From positions 27,535 to 91,534 of the forward strand of contig JAGWVA010000005.1 in the NCBI GenBank assembly GCA_028875855.1: a stretch of 64,000 nt of DNA, read 5' to 3'. Positions 29,966-40,031 of this stretch are shown one piece after another (within the stretch, counting starts at the first letter, position 1; each line of letters begins with the position of its first letter). The stretch comes from Paracoccaceae bacterium (GTDB lineage: Bacteria > Pseudomonadota > Alphaproteobacteria > Rhodobacterales > Rhodobacteraceae). The notes beneath the pieces are model-generated. The model was given only the letters and a program-made list of their open reading frames with translations. It was not told where the DNA came from and made no database searches. Position numbers and translations under genes: made by a program.

Positions 29966-30820
29966 ATGCGAACGATCTTCGGTCTCGTCCTCGTCGTTGG
30001 GATCGCGCTTGCAGGCGCGGCGGTCTACATGGCACGGGGGCTCCTGAGCCAGAACGCGGCAGCACTGGCCCGCGCGAAACAAAACGCCGTTCAGACGGTG
30101 CCGGTCTATGTGGCCATCAAGACGCTGTCCTATGGCGACGTCCTGACAAAGGCCGACGTCGGCAAGATCGCCTGGCAGGCGAACGCCGTCCCCCCCACTG
30201 CTTTCACCGACCTGAACAAGCTCTTCCCGAATGGCGCCAATGAAACCCGTGTGGTGATGCGTCAGGTCGATCAGTATGAGCCGATCCTGAGCACGGCCGT
30301 GACGGAACCCGGTCAGGATGCCGGGATCACGTCGCGTCTTTCGGCCGGCAATCGCGCCTTTACCGTCCGTGTTGACGGGGCGAACTCGATCTCGGGCTTC
30401 CTGCGCCCCGAGGATCGCGTCGATATCTACTGGACGGGTCGCAGCACCCTGTCCCCCGCCGAGGTCACCAAGCTGATCGAACCGGGCATGCGCGTGATCG
30501 CCATCGATCAGTCCATCAATCCCCCCGTCGTCGATGCCAAGGCCAAGGCCCCTGCCCAGCCGCCGCGCACCGTCACGGTTGAAGCCACGCCGCAGCAGGT
30601 CGCCATTCTGGCCCAGGCCCAGGCCACGGGACGGCTCTCGATGTCGCTTGTCGGCCTTCAGGACAGCAAGATGGCGAGCGCGGTCGAGGTTGACTCCAAC
30701 CGTCTGCTGGGGATCGAGGCGAAGGCTCCGGTCGCGGCCGCTCCGAAGCAGCAGGTCTGCACGATCCGCCAGCGCACCGGCATGAAAGTCATCGAAGTTC
30801 CGATCCCCTGCACCAACTGA
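29966..30820 (+). CDS. cpaB: Flp pilus assembly protein CpaB/RcpC
   Basis: N-terminal TM, a SAF-like segment VPVYVAIKTLSYGDVLT and an RcpC-like segment RAFTVRVDGANSISGFLRPEDRVDIYWTG. Confidence 0.85.
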   Translation: MRTIFGLVLVVGIALAGAAVYMARGLLSQNAAALARAKQNAVQTVPVYVAIKTLSYGDVLTKADVGKIAWQANAVPPTAFTDLNKLFPNGANETRVVMRQVDQYEPILSTAVTEPGQDAGITSRLSAGNRAFTVRVDGANSISGFLRPEDRVDIYWTGRSTLSPAEVTKLIEPGMRVIAIDQSINPPVVDAKAKAPAQPPRTVTVEATPQQVAILAQAQATGRLSMSLVGLQDSKMASAVEVDSNRLLGIEAKAPVAAAPKQQVCTIRQRTGMKVIEVPIPCTN

Positions 30821-30854
30821 CCCAAGCGTTTCGGGCTGATCGGCCACAGGATAT

Positions 30855-30879
30855 GGGGCCTGACGGATCGTCAGGCCCC
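30855..30879 (+). other. Perfect 11-bp stem-loop in the cpaB-cpaC spacer
   Basis: GGGGCCTGACG-gat-CGTCAGGCCCC. There is no U-tract on the sense strand. Confidence 0.5.
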
Positions 30880-31021
30880 AAAATTCCGTCTGTTGCCAGT
30901 TATCCACATCTAGGTCGCCCCGCAACGGTTTGATTCTTGCAAAAAAAGGCCGAACAGCGCATTGTCGGCGCAATCGGGGCGCCAAGAACTCCGGGGGATT
31001 GGGTTGGGAAAGGTTGGTCGT

Positions 31022-32437
31022 ATGGGCATGAAACAGTTGTGGAGCGCGGGCCTGATCGGGCTGACCGTCGTTTTCGCTCCCGCGCCCCGGGCGTCTGCCG
31101 CAACGCTTCACGTGATGGCCGGCGCACCGACCACGGTGCTGAATGTCACCATGAATCGTGCCGTTGTCCTGGAAAGCGACACCCCCTTTGCCGAGACTTC
31201 GGTCGCCAACCCCGGCATCGCCGACATCTCCACGCTGTCGAACAAGTCGATCTACGTTCTGGGCAAGGCGCCGGGGCGGACCACCCTGACGCTGCTTGGC
31301 CCGAACGGGCTGCTGATCACGAATGTGGACGTGCATGTCACGCCTGATGTGTCGGAACTGAAAGAGCGGCTGAAACAGATCCTTCCGAATGAAAGCATCG
31401 ACGTGCGCACGGCGAACGACGGGATCGTTCTGTCGGGCACCGTCTCTTCGTCCGGGCGGCTGGATCGGGCTCTGGAACTCGCGCAGCGCTACGCGCCCGG
31501 CCGCGTGTCGAACCTCATGAGCGTCGGTGGCACGCAGCAGGTAACCTTGCAGGTCCGCTTCATGGAGATGCAAAGGTCGGTCGAGAAAAGCCTGAGCTCG
31601 AGCCTTGCGATCAAGAGCACGAACACCACGGGCCTCGGCGTCAAGGCAGGCTCGGGCAGCCTTGTCGCGGGCGGCACGATCGACAGCGTTCTGGGCGGGG
31701 GCAACCCGGCGCTCAGCGGCAATACGCAAGGCCAGGTGACCCTTGGCTTCACCGCCGGCAGCCTGCAATTTGCGCTGCTTTTGCAGGCGCTTGAACAAAA
31801 GGGCGCGGTTCGCACCCTGGCCGAACCGAACCTGACCGCCCTGTCCGGCCAGAAGGCGGATTTTCTGGCCGGCGGCGAATACCCGATCCCGACCGACAGC
31901 GGCAACGGCAGCATCACGGTCAGCTACAAGCCGTTTGGTGTCGGCCTCGACTTCACGCCGACGGTTCTGGACAACAACACGATCAGCCTGAAGATCGACG
32001 CCTCGGTCTCGGCGGTCGATACCACGGTGAGCTACAACAACAACGGCTTCACCATCAACGCGTTCAAGACGCGTCGCACATCGACGACGGTCGAGATGCA
32101 TGACGGCGAAAGCTTTGCCATCGCGGGGCTCTTGCAGGACAACTTCTCGAACCTCGCAAGCCAGGTGCCCTGGCTTGGCGACGTGCCGATCCTCGGGGCC
32201 CTGTTCCGGTCCGCGTCCTTCCAGCGCAACCAGAGCGAGCTGGTCATCATCGTGACCCCGCACCTCGTCTCGCCCACCCGGTCGAGCGCGCTGGCGATGC
32301 CGACGGACACGATCACCCTTCCCAGCGAGAAGCAGTTCTTCCTTTACGGCAATGTCGTGGGCAAGAAACAATCCGGACGCGCGGGCGAAGTGGCAAAGCA
32401 GAACTTCAGCGGCCCCTACGGCTACGTGATGAATTGA
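31022..32437 (+). CDS. cpaC: Secretin CpaC/RcpA
   Basis: Signal peptide MGMKQLWSAGLIGLTVVFAPAPRASA, a BON/T2SS-N-like N-terminus and a secretin core GGEYPIP...TPHLV. Confidence 0.9.
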   Translation: MGMKQLWSAGLIGLTVVFAPAPRASAATLHVMAGAPTTVLNVTMNRAVVLESDTPFAETSVANPGIADISTLSNKSIYVLGKAPGRTTLTLLGPNGLLITNVDVHVTPDVSELKERLKQILPNESIDVRTANDGIVLSGTVSSSGRLDRALELAQRYAPGRVSNLMSVGGTQQVTLQVRFMEMQRSVEKSLSSSLAIKSTNTTGLGVKAGSGSLVAGGTIDSVLGGGNPALSGNTQGQVTLGFTAGSLQFALLLQALEQKGAVRTLAEPNLTALSGQKADFLAGGEYPIPTDSGNGSITVSYKPFGVGLDFTPTVLDNNTISLKIDASVSAVDTTVSYNNNGFTINAFKTRRTSTTVEMHDGESFAIAGLLQDNFSNLASQVPWLGDVPILGALFRSASFQRNQSELVIIVTPHLVSPTRSSALAMPTDTITLPSEKQFFLYGNVVGKKQSGRAGEVAKQNFSGPYGYVMN

Positions 32438-32445
32438 GGACGACG

Positions 32446-33099
32446 ATGGCTGTCAGGCAGGTAAAGGCCGTTCTGGTATGCGCCGCTTTGCTGGGGTTGG
32501 CGGCCTGTGACCGCCCGATCAGCTCTTCGCTGGACAATGACGGCTTCGGGCTGGCCAATGACACCAATGTCGGCATTCAATCCGGGCAGCTGAGCTATGC
32601 CATCAACCTGTCGCGCCGTTTCGCGCGCGAGGTGCCCAACACGGTCAATTTCGCCTTCGACAGCGCCAATCTCGACGGGCAGGCCCAAGAGATCCTGACG
32701 CGTCAGGCCGACTGGATCCGCCACTTCCCCGAGGTGCGGTTCCGCGTTTACGGCTATACCGATCAGGTCGGAACCGAGGCCTACAACAAGGGCCTCGGGA
32801 TGCGCCGCGCCGTCGCCGTGGTGAATTTCCTTGTGAGCCAGGGCGTGTCGCGCAGCCGGCTGCAAGCGGTGGTGTCCTATGGCAAGACGCGTCCGCTGAT
32901 CGATGTGCCGACGCGCGAGCGCAAGAACCGTCGCGCCGTCACCGATGTTTCGGGCTTCGTCGGAACATCCAAGCTGGTGCTGGACGGCAAGTATGCCGAC
33001 ATCGTTTACCGGTCTTACGTCGATTCGGCGAAACCGACATCGACGTCGGGCAGCGCGACCGGATTCTCCGCCGCCACGAACGCGGCTGCGTTGAAGTAA
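32446..33099 (+). CDS. OmpA-domain lipoprotein in the CpaD position
   Basis: ATG at 32446 preceded by GAGGA. Lipobox LGLAAC. OmpA_C-like FAFDSANLD...VYGYTDQVGTEAYNKGLGMRRA...NRRAV. Confidence 0.8.
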   Translation: MAVRQVKAVLVCAALLGLAACDRPISSSLDNDGFGLANDTNVGIQSGQLSYAINLSRRFAREVPNTVNFAFDSANLDGQAQEILTRQADWIRHFPEVRFRVYGYTDQVGTEAYNKGLGMRRAVAVVNFLVSQGVSRSRLQAVVSYGKTRPLIDVPTRERKNRRAVTDVSGFVGTSKLVLDGKYADIVYRSYVDSAKPTSTSGSATGFSAATNAAALK

Positions 33100-33294
33100 G
33101 CCCCAAAACATCCGTCCCTGACCCGGCCATTTCCCGAAAACGTCGAATAATCTTGGGATTTTGGCCCCAATGTTGCCCCGATTGTCCGTCAGCTTCAGAG
33201 GTTGAAGGATACCCGCGACCCTGAGTCGCCATGGGGATTGGGGGCTGGCCAACGGATCGGTCGCGTCCCGTCCCCCAAGCAAGGACGTGAGGCA

Positions 33295-34557
33295 ATGACA
33301 ACAGTAGCAGCACTGAAGCAGGAGCCCGCCCCCATCCGCGCCTGCACGATTTCGCGCGACGTGCAGAACTTCGAGCTTCTCATCGAGGACATGGAGGCGG
33401 AACTCGGCGAAAGCTGGGGGGACCTGAGCTTCTCCGACGCGGCCCTGTTCCTCAGCCAGCCCGACGCGGCCACGCTGGAATTCGTGGCTCTTGCCGTGGA
33501 CGACCGGGACGAGGCCGACCTGCCGCGCATCAGCGAGCTGATCAAGCAGGCGAAGGAAAACGGCATCAAGGTCGTTCTGATCGCCGAAGAGCTGTCGCCC
33601 ATCGTGCTGCACCAGATGCTTCGGCTTGGCGCGGACGACTTCGTGCCCTATCCCCTGCCCGAAGGCGCGCTGCATGACGCGATCGAGCGTCTGCGCCGCC
33701 CCGCCCCTGCCGCCATCGCGGCGCCCACCGACGGCGAGGATGGCGCGCGCGCGCCGGCCTTCAAGCCCAAGGGCGACCGTGACGGCGTGGTGCTGCCCGT
33801 TCATGGCCTGTCGGGGGGATGCGGTTCCACGACCTTCGCCGTGAACCTTGCCTGGGAACTCGCGACCATTTCCAAGAAGGACGGTCCGCGGGTCTGCCTG
33901 ATGGATCTGGATTTCCAGGCGGGGTCCTGCGCGACCTGCCTCGACCTGCCGCGGCGCGAAGCGATCCTCGATATCCTCAACGACGTGGCCGCGGTGGACA
34001 GCGAGGCGTTCATCCAGTCACTGCAGACCTTCAACGACAGGCTGCACGTCTTCACCGCGCCGACCGAGATGCTGCCGCTGGACATCGTGACGGGCGAGGA
34101 TGTCGAGCGCCTCGTGAACATGGCGCGCAGCAATTTCGATTATGTCGTGATCGACATGCCGAAGACCGTGGTGCCCTGGACCGAAAGCATCATTCATCAG
34201 GCCCATGTCTATTTCACGCTTCTCGAGCTCGACATGCGGTCGGCCCAGAACGCCCTGCGGTTCATCCGGGCCCTGAAGGCCGAGGAACTGCCGTTCGAAA
34301 AGCTGCGTTACGTGCTGAACCGGGCGCCCGGCTTCACCGACATTACCGGCAAGGGGCGCGTCAAGCGTCTGGCCGAAAGCCTTGCGATCGACATCGAGGT
34401 TCAACTGCCCGATGGCGGGCGCCACGTGACGCAGGCCAACGACCACGGTCTGCCGCTGGCCGAGTCCGCCGCGAAGAACCCGCTGCGCAAGGAAGTCCAG
34501 AAACTCGCGAAATCCCTTCACGACCTGAACAAGGCGACCGAAGCGGCAAAGCTTTGA
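33295..34557 (+). CDS. cpaE: CpaE/TadZ-type pilus localisation ATPase-like protein
   Basis: ATG at 33295 preceded by AAGGA. Receiver-like N-domain, then a ParA/MinD-like domain whose P-loop reads GLSGGCGSTT, so both Walker A lysines are absent. Confidence 0.8.
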   Translation: MTTVAALKQEPAPIRACTISRDVQNFELLIEDMEAELGESWGDLSFSDAALFLSQPDAATLEFVALAVDDRDEADLPRISELIKQAKENGIKVVLIAEELSPIVLHQMLRLGADDFVPYPLPEGALHDAIERLRRPAPAAIAAPTDGEDGARAPAFKPKGDRDGVVLPVHGLSGGCGSTTFAVNLAWELATISKKDGPRVCLMDLDFQAGSCATCLDLPRREAILDILNDVAAVDSEAFIQSLQTFNDRLHVFTAPTEMLPLDIVTGEDVERLVNMARSNFDYVVIDMPKTVVPWTESIIHQAHVYFTLLELDMRSAQNALRFIRALKAEELPFEKLRYVLNRAPGFTDITGKGRVKRLAESLAIDIEVQLPDGGRHVTQANDHGLPLAESAAKNPLRKEVQKLAKSLHDLNKATEAAKL

Positions 34558-34576
34558 CCCGAAAGGCTGGTTAACG

Positions 34577-36046
34577 ATGGCAATGTTTTCGCGATTCAAG
34601 AAGCCCGACGGCGGGGTCCCGGCGCGCGCGGCCAGTTTTGCCCCTGTCGATCAGGCCAATCCGACGGCGCCGCAGGCCGGAGCGGTCGCGACCGCGGCCG
34701 CCTCGCGCCCGAAGCCGGTGGTGGCGCCGATGCCCAAGGCCCCGGCCCAGCCCGTCGTGCCCGACAAGGAGCGCAAGCGGCGCGAGCGGTTGCAGGAGAT
34801 CAAGGTCGATCTGCACAAGCATCTGCTCGACAACCTCAACCTTGCCGCGCTGGAAAACGCCACGGAATCCAACCTGAGGGCCGAAATCGCGGCGCTCGCG
34901 GGCGAAAAGCTCGAAGAGCTGGCGATCGTCCTGAACCGCGAAGACCGCGCCACGATCAACCAGGAGCTTTATGACGAGGTCATGGGCCTCGGGCCGCTGG
35001 AACCGCTTCTGAAGGACGACACGGTCAGCGACATTCTGGTCAACGGGCCGCACCGCATCTTCATCGAACGAAGCGGCAAGCTGCAACTGAGCGACATCAC
35101 CTTCAAGGACGAAAAGCACCTGCTGCGGATCATCGACAAGATCGTGTCCGCCGTGGGCCGGCGCGTCGATGAATCCAACCCCTACGTGGACGCCCGTCTT
35201 GCCGATGGCTCGCGCTTCAACGCCATGGTCCCCCCCGTGGCGGTGGACGGCTCGCTGGTCTCGATCCGGAAATTCAAGAAGGAAAAGCTGTCGATCAACG
35301 AACTGGTCAAGTTCGGCGCCTTCACCGAGGAAATGGCAGCCTATCTTCAGGCCGCCGTCGCAACCCGGCTGAACGTGATCGTGTCGGGCGGCACGGGTTC
35401 GGGCAAGACGACCACGCTCAACGCGCTGTCATCGTTCATCGACAACTCCGAACGCATCCTGACGATCGAGGATACGGCGGAACTTCAGCTTCAGCAGGTC
35501 CACGTCGGGCGGATGGAAAGCCGACCCGCCAACGTCGAAGGCAAGGGCGCTGTCACGCAGCGGGATTGCTTGCGCAACGCCCTGCGGATGCGTCCCGACC
35601 GGATCATCGTGGGCGAAACCCGCGGCGAGGAAGTGATCGACATGTTGCAGGCCATGAACACGGGCCACGACGGGTCGATGACGACGATCCACGCGAACTC
35701 GGCCCGCGACGCGGTCAGCCGCCTTGAAAACATGGTCGCCATGGCCGGGATCGAAATGCCGATCAAGGCTGTGCGGGCGCAGATCGCCTCGGCCGTGAAC
35801 CTCATCGTGCAGGCCAGCCGCCTTCAGGACGGCAGCCGGCGCATGGTGTCGATCACGGAACTGACCGGGATGGAGGGCGACGTGATCTCCATGCAGGAGA
35901 TCTTCCGCTACGAACGCCTCGGCATCGAGCCGAACGGCAAGATCATCGGCCGCTTCAACGCGACCGGAATCCGCTCTCACTATTCGGAACGTTTCAAACA
36001 GTGGGGTTACGTCCTGCCGGCTGAAATCTTCGAACCCACCCCCTGA
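34577..36046 (+). CDS. cpaF: Tad secretion ATPase CpaF/TadA
   Basis: 489 aa. Walker [34 protein letters not shown] and [12 protein letters not shown]. Confidence 0.95.
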   Translation: MAMFSRFKKPDGGVPARAASFAPVDQANPTAPQAGAVATAAASRPKPVVAPMPKAPAQPVVPDKERKRRERLQEIKVDLHKHLLDNLNLAALENATESNLRAEIAALAGEKLEELAIVLNREDRATINQELYDEVMGLGPLEPLLKDDTVSDILVNGPHRIFIERSGKLQLSDITFKDEKHLLRIIDKIVSAVGRRVDESNPYVDARLADGSRFNAMVPPVAVDGSLVSIRKFKKEKLSINELVKFGAFTEEMAAYLQAAVATRLNVIVSGGTGSGKTTTLNALSSFIDNSERILTIEDTAELQLQQVHVGRMESRPANVEGKGAVTQRDCLRNALRMRPDRIIVGETRGEEVIDMLQAMNTGHDGSMTTIHANSARDAVSRLENMVAMAGIEMPIKAVRAQIASAVNLIVQASRLQDGSRRMVSITELTGMEGDVISMQEIFRYERLGIEPNGKIIGRFNATGIRSHYSERFKQWGYVLPAEIFEPTP

Positions 36047-36053
36047 GGTCCAC

Positions 36054-37022
36054 ATGCATCTGGGAATCGAACCGCTTATCTACATTGCACTCTTCGCAAG
36101 CGTGATCTTCCTTGTCGAAGGCCTCTACCTGACGGTCTTCGGCAAGTCGATCAGCCTGAACAGCCGGGTCAACCGGCGACTTTCCCTGATGGAGAAAGGC
36201 GGCCGCCGGGAAGAAGTGCTGGAGCAGCTCCGCAAGGAGATGTCGCAGCACATGCAGGCCAAGGGCATCCCGCTTTACGCGATCCTCGCGACAAAGGCCC
36301 AGCGCGCCAACATCGCCTTTTCGCCCAAGGCACTGATCGCCATCATGTTTGCGCTGTCCGGCGTGGCCTTCGTGGCGCTTGGCATGGCAACCCAGGCCTC
36401 TGCGGCGATCCGGGGGGTGACGGCGGTCGCCATGGGCTTTGGCGGCGTCTTCTTCTGGGTGAGCAACAAGGCCAAGAAGCGGATGACGGCGGTCGAAGAG
36501 CAGCTGCCCGAAGCGGTGGAACTGATGGTGCGCTCTCTGCGTGTCGGCCACCCGCTGTCGTCGGCCATCGCGATCGTCTCGAAGGAAGTCCCTGACCCTC
36601 TGGGCACGGAATTCGGCATCATCGCCGACGAGGCCGCCTATGGCCGCGACGTGTCGGAAAGCCTGCGCGGCCTGGCCGAGCGGATGGACATGCAGGACCT
36701 GCGCTTCCTGGCCGTGGCGGTGTCGATCCAGTCGCAATCGGGCGGCAACCTTGCAGAGATCCTCGAAGGTCTGGCCAAGGTCATCCGCGCCCGCTTCAAG
36801 CTGTTCCGCCGCGTGAAGGCGATCACGTCGGAAGCCAAATGGTCGGGCAAGTTCCTGTCGGCCTTCCCGATCGGGGCGATCATCATGATCAACTTCCTGC
36901 AGCCGCACTATTTCGACAAGGTCAAGGATACGGCCTATTTCATTCCCGCCTGTTTCGTCGTCGCGGGCCTTCTGGTGGTGAACATGCTGTTCATGCGCTG
37001 GATGGTGAACATCAAGGTCTGA
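36054..37022 (+). CDS. tadB: Type II secretion F-family platform protein TadB
   Basis: 322 aa polytopic membrane protein with a T2SSF-like central cytoplasmic domain. It immediately follows cpaF. Confidence 0.85.
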   Translation: MHLGIEPLIYIALFASVIFLVEGLYLTVFGKSISLNSRVNRRLSLMEKGGRREEVLEQLRKEMSQHMQAKGIPLYAILATKAQRANIAFSPKALIAIMFALSGVAFVALGMATQASAAIRGVTAVAMGFGGVFFWVSNKAKKRMTAVEEQLPEAVELMVRSLRVGHPLSSAIAIVSKEVPDPLGTEFGIIADEAAYGRDVSESLRGLAERMDMQDLRFLAVAVSIQSQSGGNLAEILEGLAKVIRARFKLFRRVKAITSEAKWSGKFLSAFPIGAIIMINFLQPHYFDKVKDTAYFIPACFVVAGLLVVNMLFMRWMVNIKV

Positions 37023-37031
37023 GGAGCAGAC

Positions 37032-38012
37032 ATGATCAATACCATCAACCAGATCATCGTCGCGAAGCTCGGGCCTCTCGGGCCGATCATGATCGTCGCC
37101 GGCCTTGGCCTCTTGCTGGTCATCGTTTCCCTGCCGCTTCTCATGCAGCGTCGCCCCGATCCGATGGAGCGGCTGCAAAAGAGCGTCAAGTCGGAAGCCG
37201 AACAAAAGAAGAAGTCGCGCGATCAGGCCCTGCGGACCAGCGATCGCAACGACAAGCTCGAGAAATTCGCAACGTTTCTGGAACCCCAGAACGAAAAGGA
37301 CATGTCCGACGCGCGGCTTCAGATGCTGCGGGCAGGCTATCGGTCCAAGAACGCGGTGCGCACCTTCCATGCCGTGCAGTTCATCGCGGGCGTCGGTGCG
37401 CTGATCGTGGGCGTGATCTACACGGTGATCCTCAACCAGACCCAGAAGCTCGGGTTTCAGGCGGAACTGCTCTATACCCTGCTTCCGGGCGCCCTGGGCT
37501 ATTACGCGCCCAAGCGATACGTGCAGCAGCGGGTGCAGAAGCGGCAGAACGAGATCATCAACGGCTTCCCCGACGCGCTCGACATGATGCTGGTTTGCGT
37601 CGAGGCCGGACAGTCGCTCGACCAGTCCATCCTGCGCGTGGCGCGTGAAATGCGCACGGGCTATCCTGCCCTGTCCGAGGAATTCGAGCTTGTCTCGCAC
37701 GAAGTGCGCGCCGGCAAGGAACGCGTATCGGTGCTGCGCGACATGTCCGAGCGGGTCGGCGTCCCCGATGTCGCCTCGTTCGTGACGGTCATGATCCAGT
37801 CGGCCAGCTTCGGCACCTCGATGGCCGAGGCCCTGCGCGTCTTCTCGGCGGAAATGCGTGACAAACGCGTCATGCGCGCGGAAGAAAAGGCGAATACGAT
37901 TCCCACGAAGTTGACACTGGGAACGATGATGTTCACCGTTCCCCCGTTGATGGTCGTTCTGATCGGCCCGTCGCTTTACAACATCGCGCAGATGATGTCG
38001 GGCCACCACTGA
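37032..38012 (+). CDS. tadC: Type II secretion F-family platform protein TadC
   Basis: 326 aa, paralogous to TadB (GFPDALDMMLVCVEAGQSL...). GAGGAG lies upstream. Confidence 0.85.
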   Translation: MINTINQIIVAKLGPLGPIMIVAGLGLLLVIVSLPLLMQRRPDPMERLQKSVKSEAEQKKKSRDQALRTSDRNDKLEKFATFLEPQNEKDMSDARLQMLRAGYRSKNAVRTFHAVQFIAGVGALIVGVIYTVILNQTQKLGFQAELLYTLLPGALGYYAPKRYVQQRVQKRQNEIINGFPDALDMMLVCVEAGQSLDQSILRVAREMRTGYPALSEEFELVSHEVRAGKERVSVLRDMSERVGVPDVASFVTVMIQSASFGTSMAEALRVFSAEMRDKRVMRAEEKANTIPTKLTLGTMMFTVPPLMVVLIGPSLYNIAQMMSGHH

Positions 38013-38063
38013 TATCGGGGATTACGCCTGACTTTTCCTGCCCGCCTTGCCAGCCTGATCCTT

Positions 38064-38603
38064 TTGCCCGCGCTGGTCGTGGGATGCCAATCCGACAGGT
38101 TGACGCCCGACAGGGTCGGACCGAAGCCGCCGCCGGGCACGCCCCGCGTCTCACAGGCGGTGGACGGGCTGATCGTCGGCCACCGCCTCATGGCGGCCGG
38201 GGAATACCAGCTTGCGCTTGAAGCCTATTATCGCGCGGGGCTCGAACATGGGCTGAATGCCGACGTGCTGTCGGCCATCGGCTCTGCCGACCTCAAGCTC
38301 GGGCGACTGAACGAAGCCGAACGCGCCCTGCGCGCGGCGCTTCGGCTGAATGCGACCTTCGTGCCCGCGTTGAACAACCTTGGCGTCGTGCTGATGAACG
38401 AGGGCCGCTATCCTGAGGCCAAGGAAGTGTTCCAGCGCGCCTTTGCCCTCGATAGTGGCCAATCGGACCTGATCCGGCGAAATCTGCGGCTCGCTCTCGC
38501 CATGATGGACAATTCCGGCTATGATCCGCAGCAGAAATCGGACTTTTCGTTGATGCGCAGAGGGAATGGAGAGTACCTTCTGCTTCAGACGAAACGAGGC
38601 TGA
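38064..38603 (+). CDS. TPR-repeat protein (TadD-like), probable lipoprotein with an unresolved start
   Basis: TPR repeats (EYQLALEAYYRAGL, LNEAERALRAALRLN, YPEAKEVFQRAFALD). The track start TTG at 38064 leaves only MPALVVGC before the lipobox Cys. The in-frame upstream codons read TFPARLASLILL, so the true start is probably upstream and non-canonical. Confidence 0.65.
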   Translation: MPALVVGCQSDRLTPDRVGPKPPPGTPRVSQAVDGLIVGHRLMAAGEYQLALEAYYRAGLEHGLNADVLSAIGSADLKLGRLNEAERALRAALRLNATFVPALNNLGVVLMNEGRYPEAKEVFQRAFALDSGQSDLIRRNLRLALAMMDNSGYDPQQKSDFSLMRRGNGEYLLLQTKRG

Positions 38604-38622
38604 GCAGTCAAAAGGACGCAAA

Positions 38623-39477
38623 ATGCGCCACCCCGGTATGTTGTCGCTGTGCCTGCTTGGCGCAGTTCTTTTGTCAGGCTGCGCGCAGGACCAGGCCAAG
38701 ATCAAGGCCGAGGTCGCGAAGATCAGCGCCAAGGACGAAGCCAGTCTTGACGCGATCGAACTGAATGTGGCCGATCCGACCGAAGCGGTCGCCTATTTCC
38801 GCAAATCCGTGGCAAACCACCCCGAACGCACGGCGTCAAAGCGGTATCTGGCGATGTCGCTGGTGCGGGCCAAGCAGCCGGTCGAGGCGGTGAAGGTCTG
38901 GCAGGAGGTCGTCAAGGCGTCCGACTCCACGATGGACGACCGGGTGAACTATGCCGACGCGCTCTTGCGGGCGGGCAAATGGGCCGAGGCGGGCAAGGTT
39001 CTTTCCGCGATCCCGCCCACCCACGAGACCTATGACCGCTACCGGCTGGAGGCCATGATCGCCGACAGCAAGCGCGAATGGCGCAAGGCCGACAGTTTCT
39101 ATGAAACGGCCGCCGGAATGACGACGACGCCGGCCCCGATCTACAACAACTGGGGCTTTTCGAAACTTTCGCGTCACGACTACGCGGGGGCGGAGCGGTT
39201 GTTCCGCACCGCGCTGCAATACGATCCGACGATGTATGTCGCCAAGAACAACCTTGTCATCGCCCGCGGCATGCAGCGCAAATACGACCTGCCCGTCATC
39301 CAGATGACCCAGACCGAACGGGCCCATCTGCTCTACACGTTGGCTCTCACCGCCATCAAGCAGGACGACATTGCCACCGGAAAGGCCCTTCTCGAACAGG
39401 CCATCGCCACGAATCCCGAGTATTTCGAGGCCGCCCAGCGAAGCCTGGATGCCCTGACAGCAAACGTGAGCCACTGA
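38623..39477 (+). CDS. TPR-repeat lipoprotein
   Basis: ATG at 38623 preceded by AAAGGA. Signal and lipobox MRHPGMLSLCLLGAVLLSGC. TPR-like repeats follow throughout. Confidence 0.7.
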   Translation: MRHPGMLSLCLLGAVLLSGCAQDQAKIKAEVAKISAKDEASLDAIELNVADPTEAVAYFRKSVANHPERTASKRYLAMSLVRAKQPVEAVKVWQEVVKASDSTMDDRVNYADALLRAGKWAEAGKVLSAIPPTHETYDRYRLEAMIADSKREWRKADSFYETAAGMTTTPAPIYNNWGFSKLSRHDYAGAERLFRTALQYDPTMYVAKNNLVIARGMQRKYDLPVIQMTQTERAHLLYTLALTAIKQDDIATGKALLEQAIATNPEYFEAAQRSLDALTANVSH

Positions 39478-39478
39478 C

Positions 39479-39973
39479 ATGTTCTTTCCCGCCCATGCCG
39501 CCCTCGCGCTTCTTCCCTTTGCCCTTGCGATCGGGATCTGGGTCGCGTGGAGCGACATGAAATTCATGCGGATTCCCAATCAGTCGGTGTTGGCGCTTCT
39601 GGCGGTCTTCGTGCTGCTGGGCCCGGTTCTGTTCCCGTTCAAGACCTATCTGTGGCAGTTGTCGCATTTCGCCGCCCTGCTGGTGTTCGGGTTCGTGTTG
39701 AACATGGCGCGCGCCATCGGGGCGGGCGACGCGAAATTCGTGGCGGCGATGGGTCCCTTCTTTGCGACGCAGGACATGCCGCTGATCGTGATCCTGACCT
39801 CCTCGATCCTGCTGGCGGCCTTTGCAACCCACCGCGGGCTGCGACTCGTTCCGGCCGTGCGGCGCGCGACGGGCGACTGGGAAAGCTGGGCGCGGCGTGA
39901 CTTCCCGATGGGATTTGCCCTCGCGGGGATCCTGATATTCTACCTTCTTCTTGCCACAATCCTCGGGCAGTAA
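39479..39973 (+). CDS. cpaA: Prepilin peptidase CpaA (A24 family)
   Basis: 164 aa. Both catalytic Asp contexts are present: WSDMKFMRIPN and GAGDAKF. Confidence 0.85.
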   Translation: MFFPAHAALALLPFALAIGIWVAWSDMKFMRIPNQSVLALLAVFVLLGPVLFPFKTYLWQLSHFAALLVFGFVLNMARAIGAGDAKFVAAMGPFFATQDMPLIVILTSSILLAAFATHRGLRLVPAVRRATGDWESWARRDFPMGFALAGILIFYLLLATILGQ

Positions 39974-40031
39974 CGGGTTTGTCATGACGGAAGAGCGCTG
40001 CTCCCATAGGGCCTAACCCGAGGACGACGCA

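Noticed and set aside
38010-38012. In-frame TGA between tadC and the TPR ORF, considered as programmed readthrough or selenocysteine
   Set aside because: Fusing a polytopic platform protein to a lipoprotein signal makes no topological sense. No SECIS-like structure was seen, and a shared frame has a one-in-three chance.
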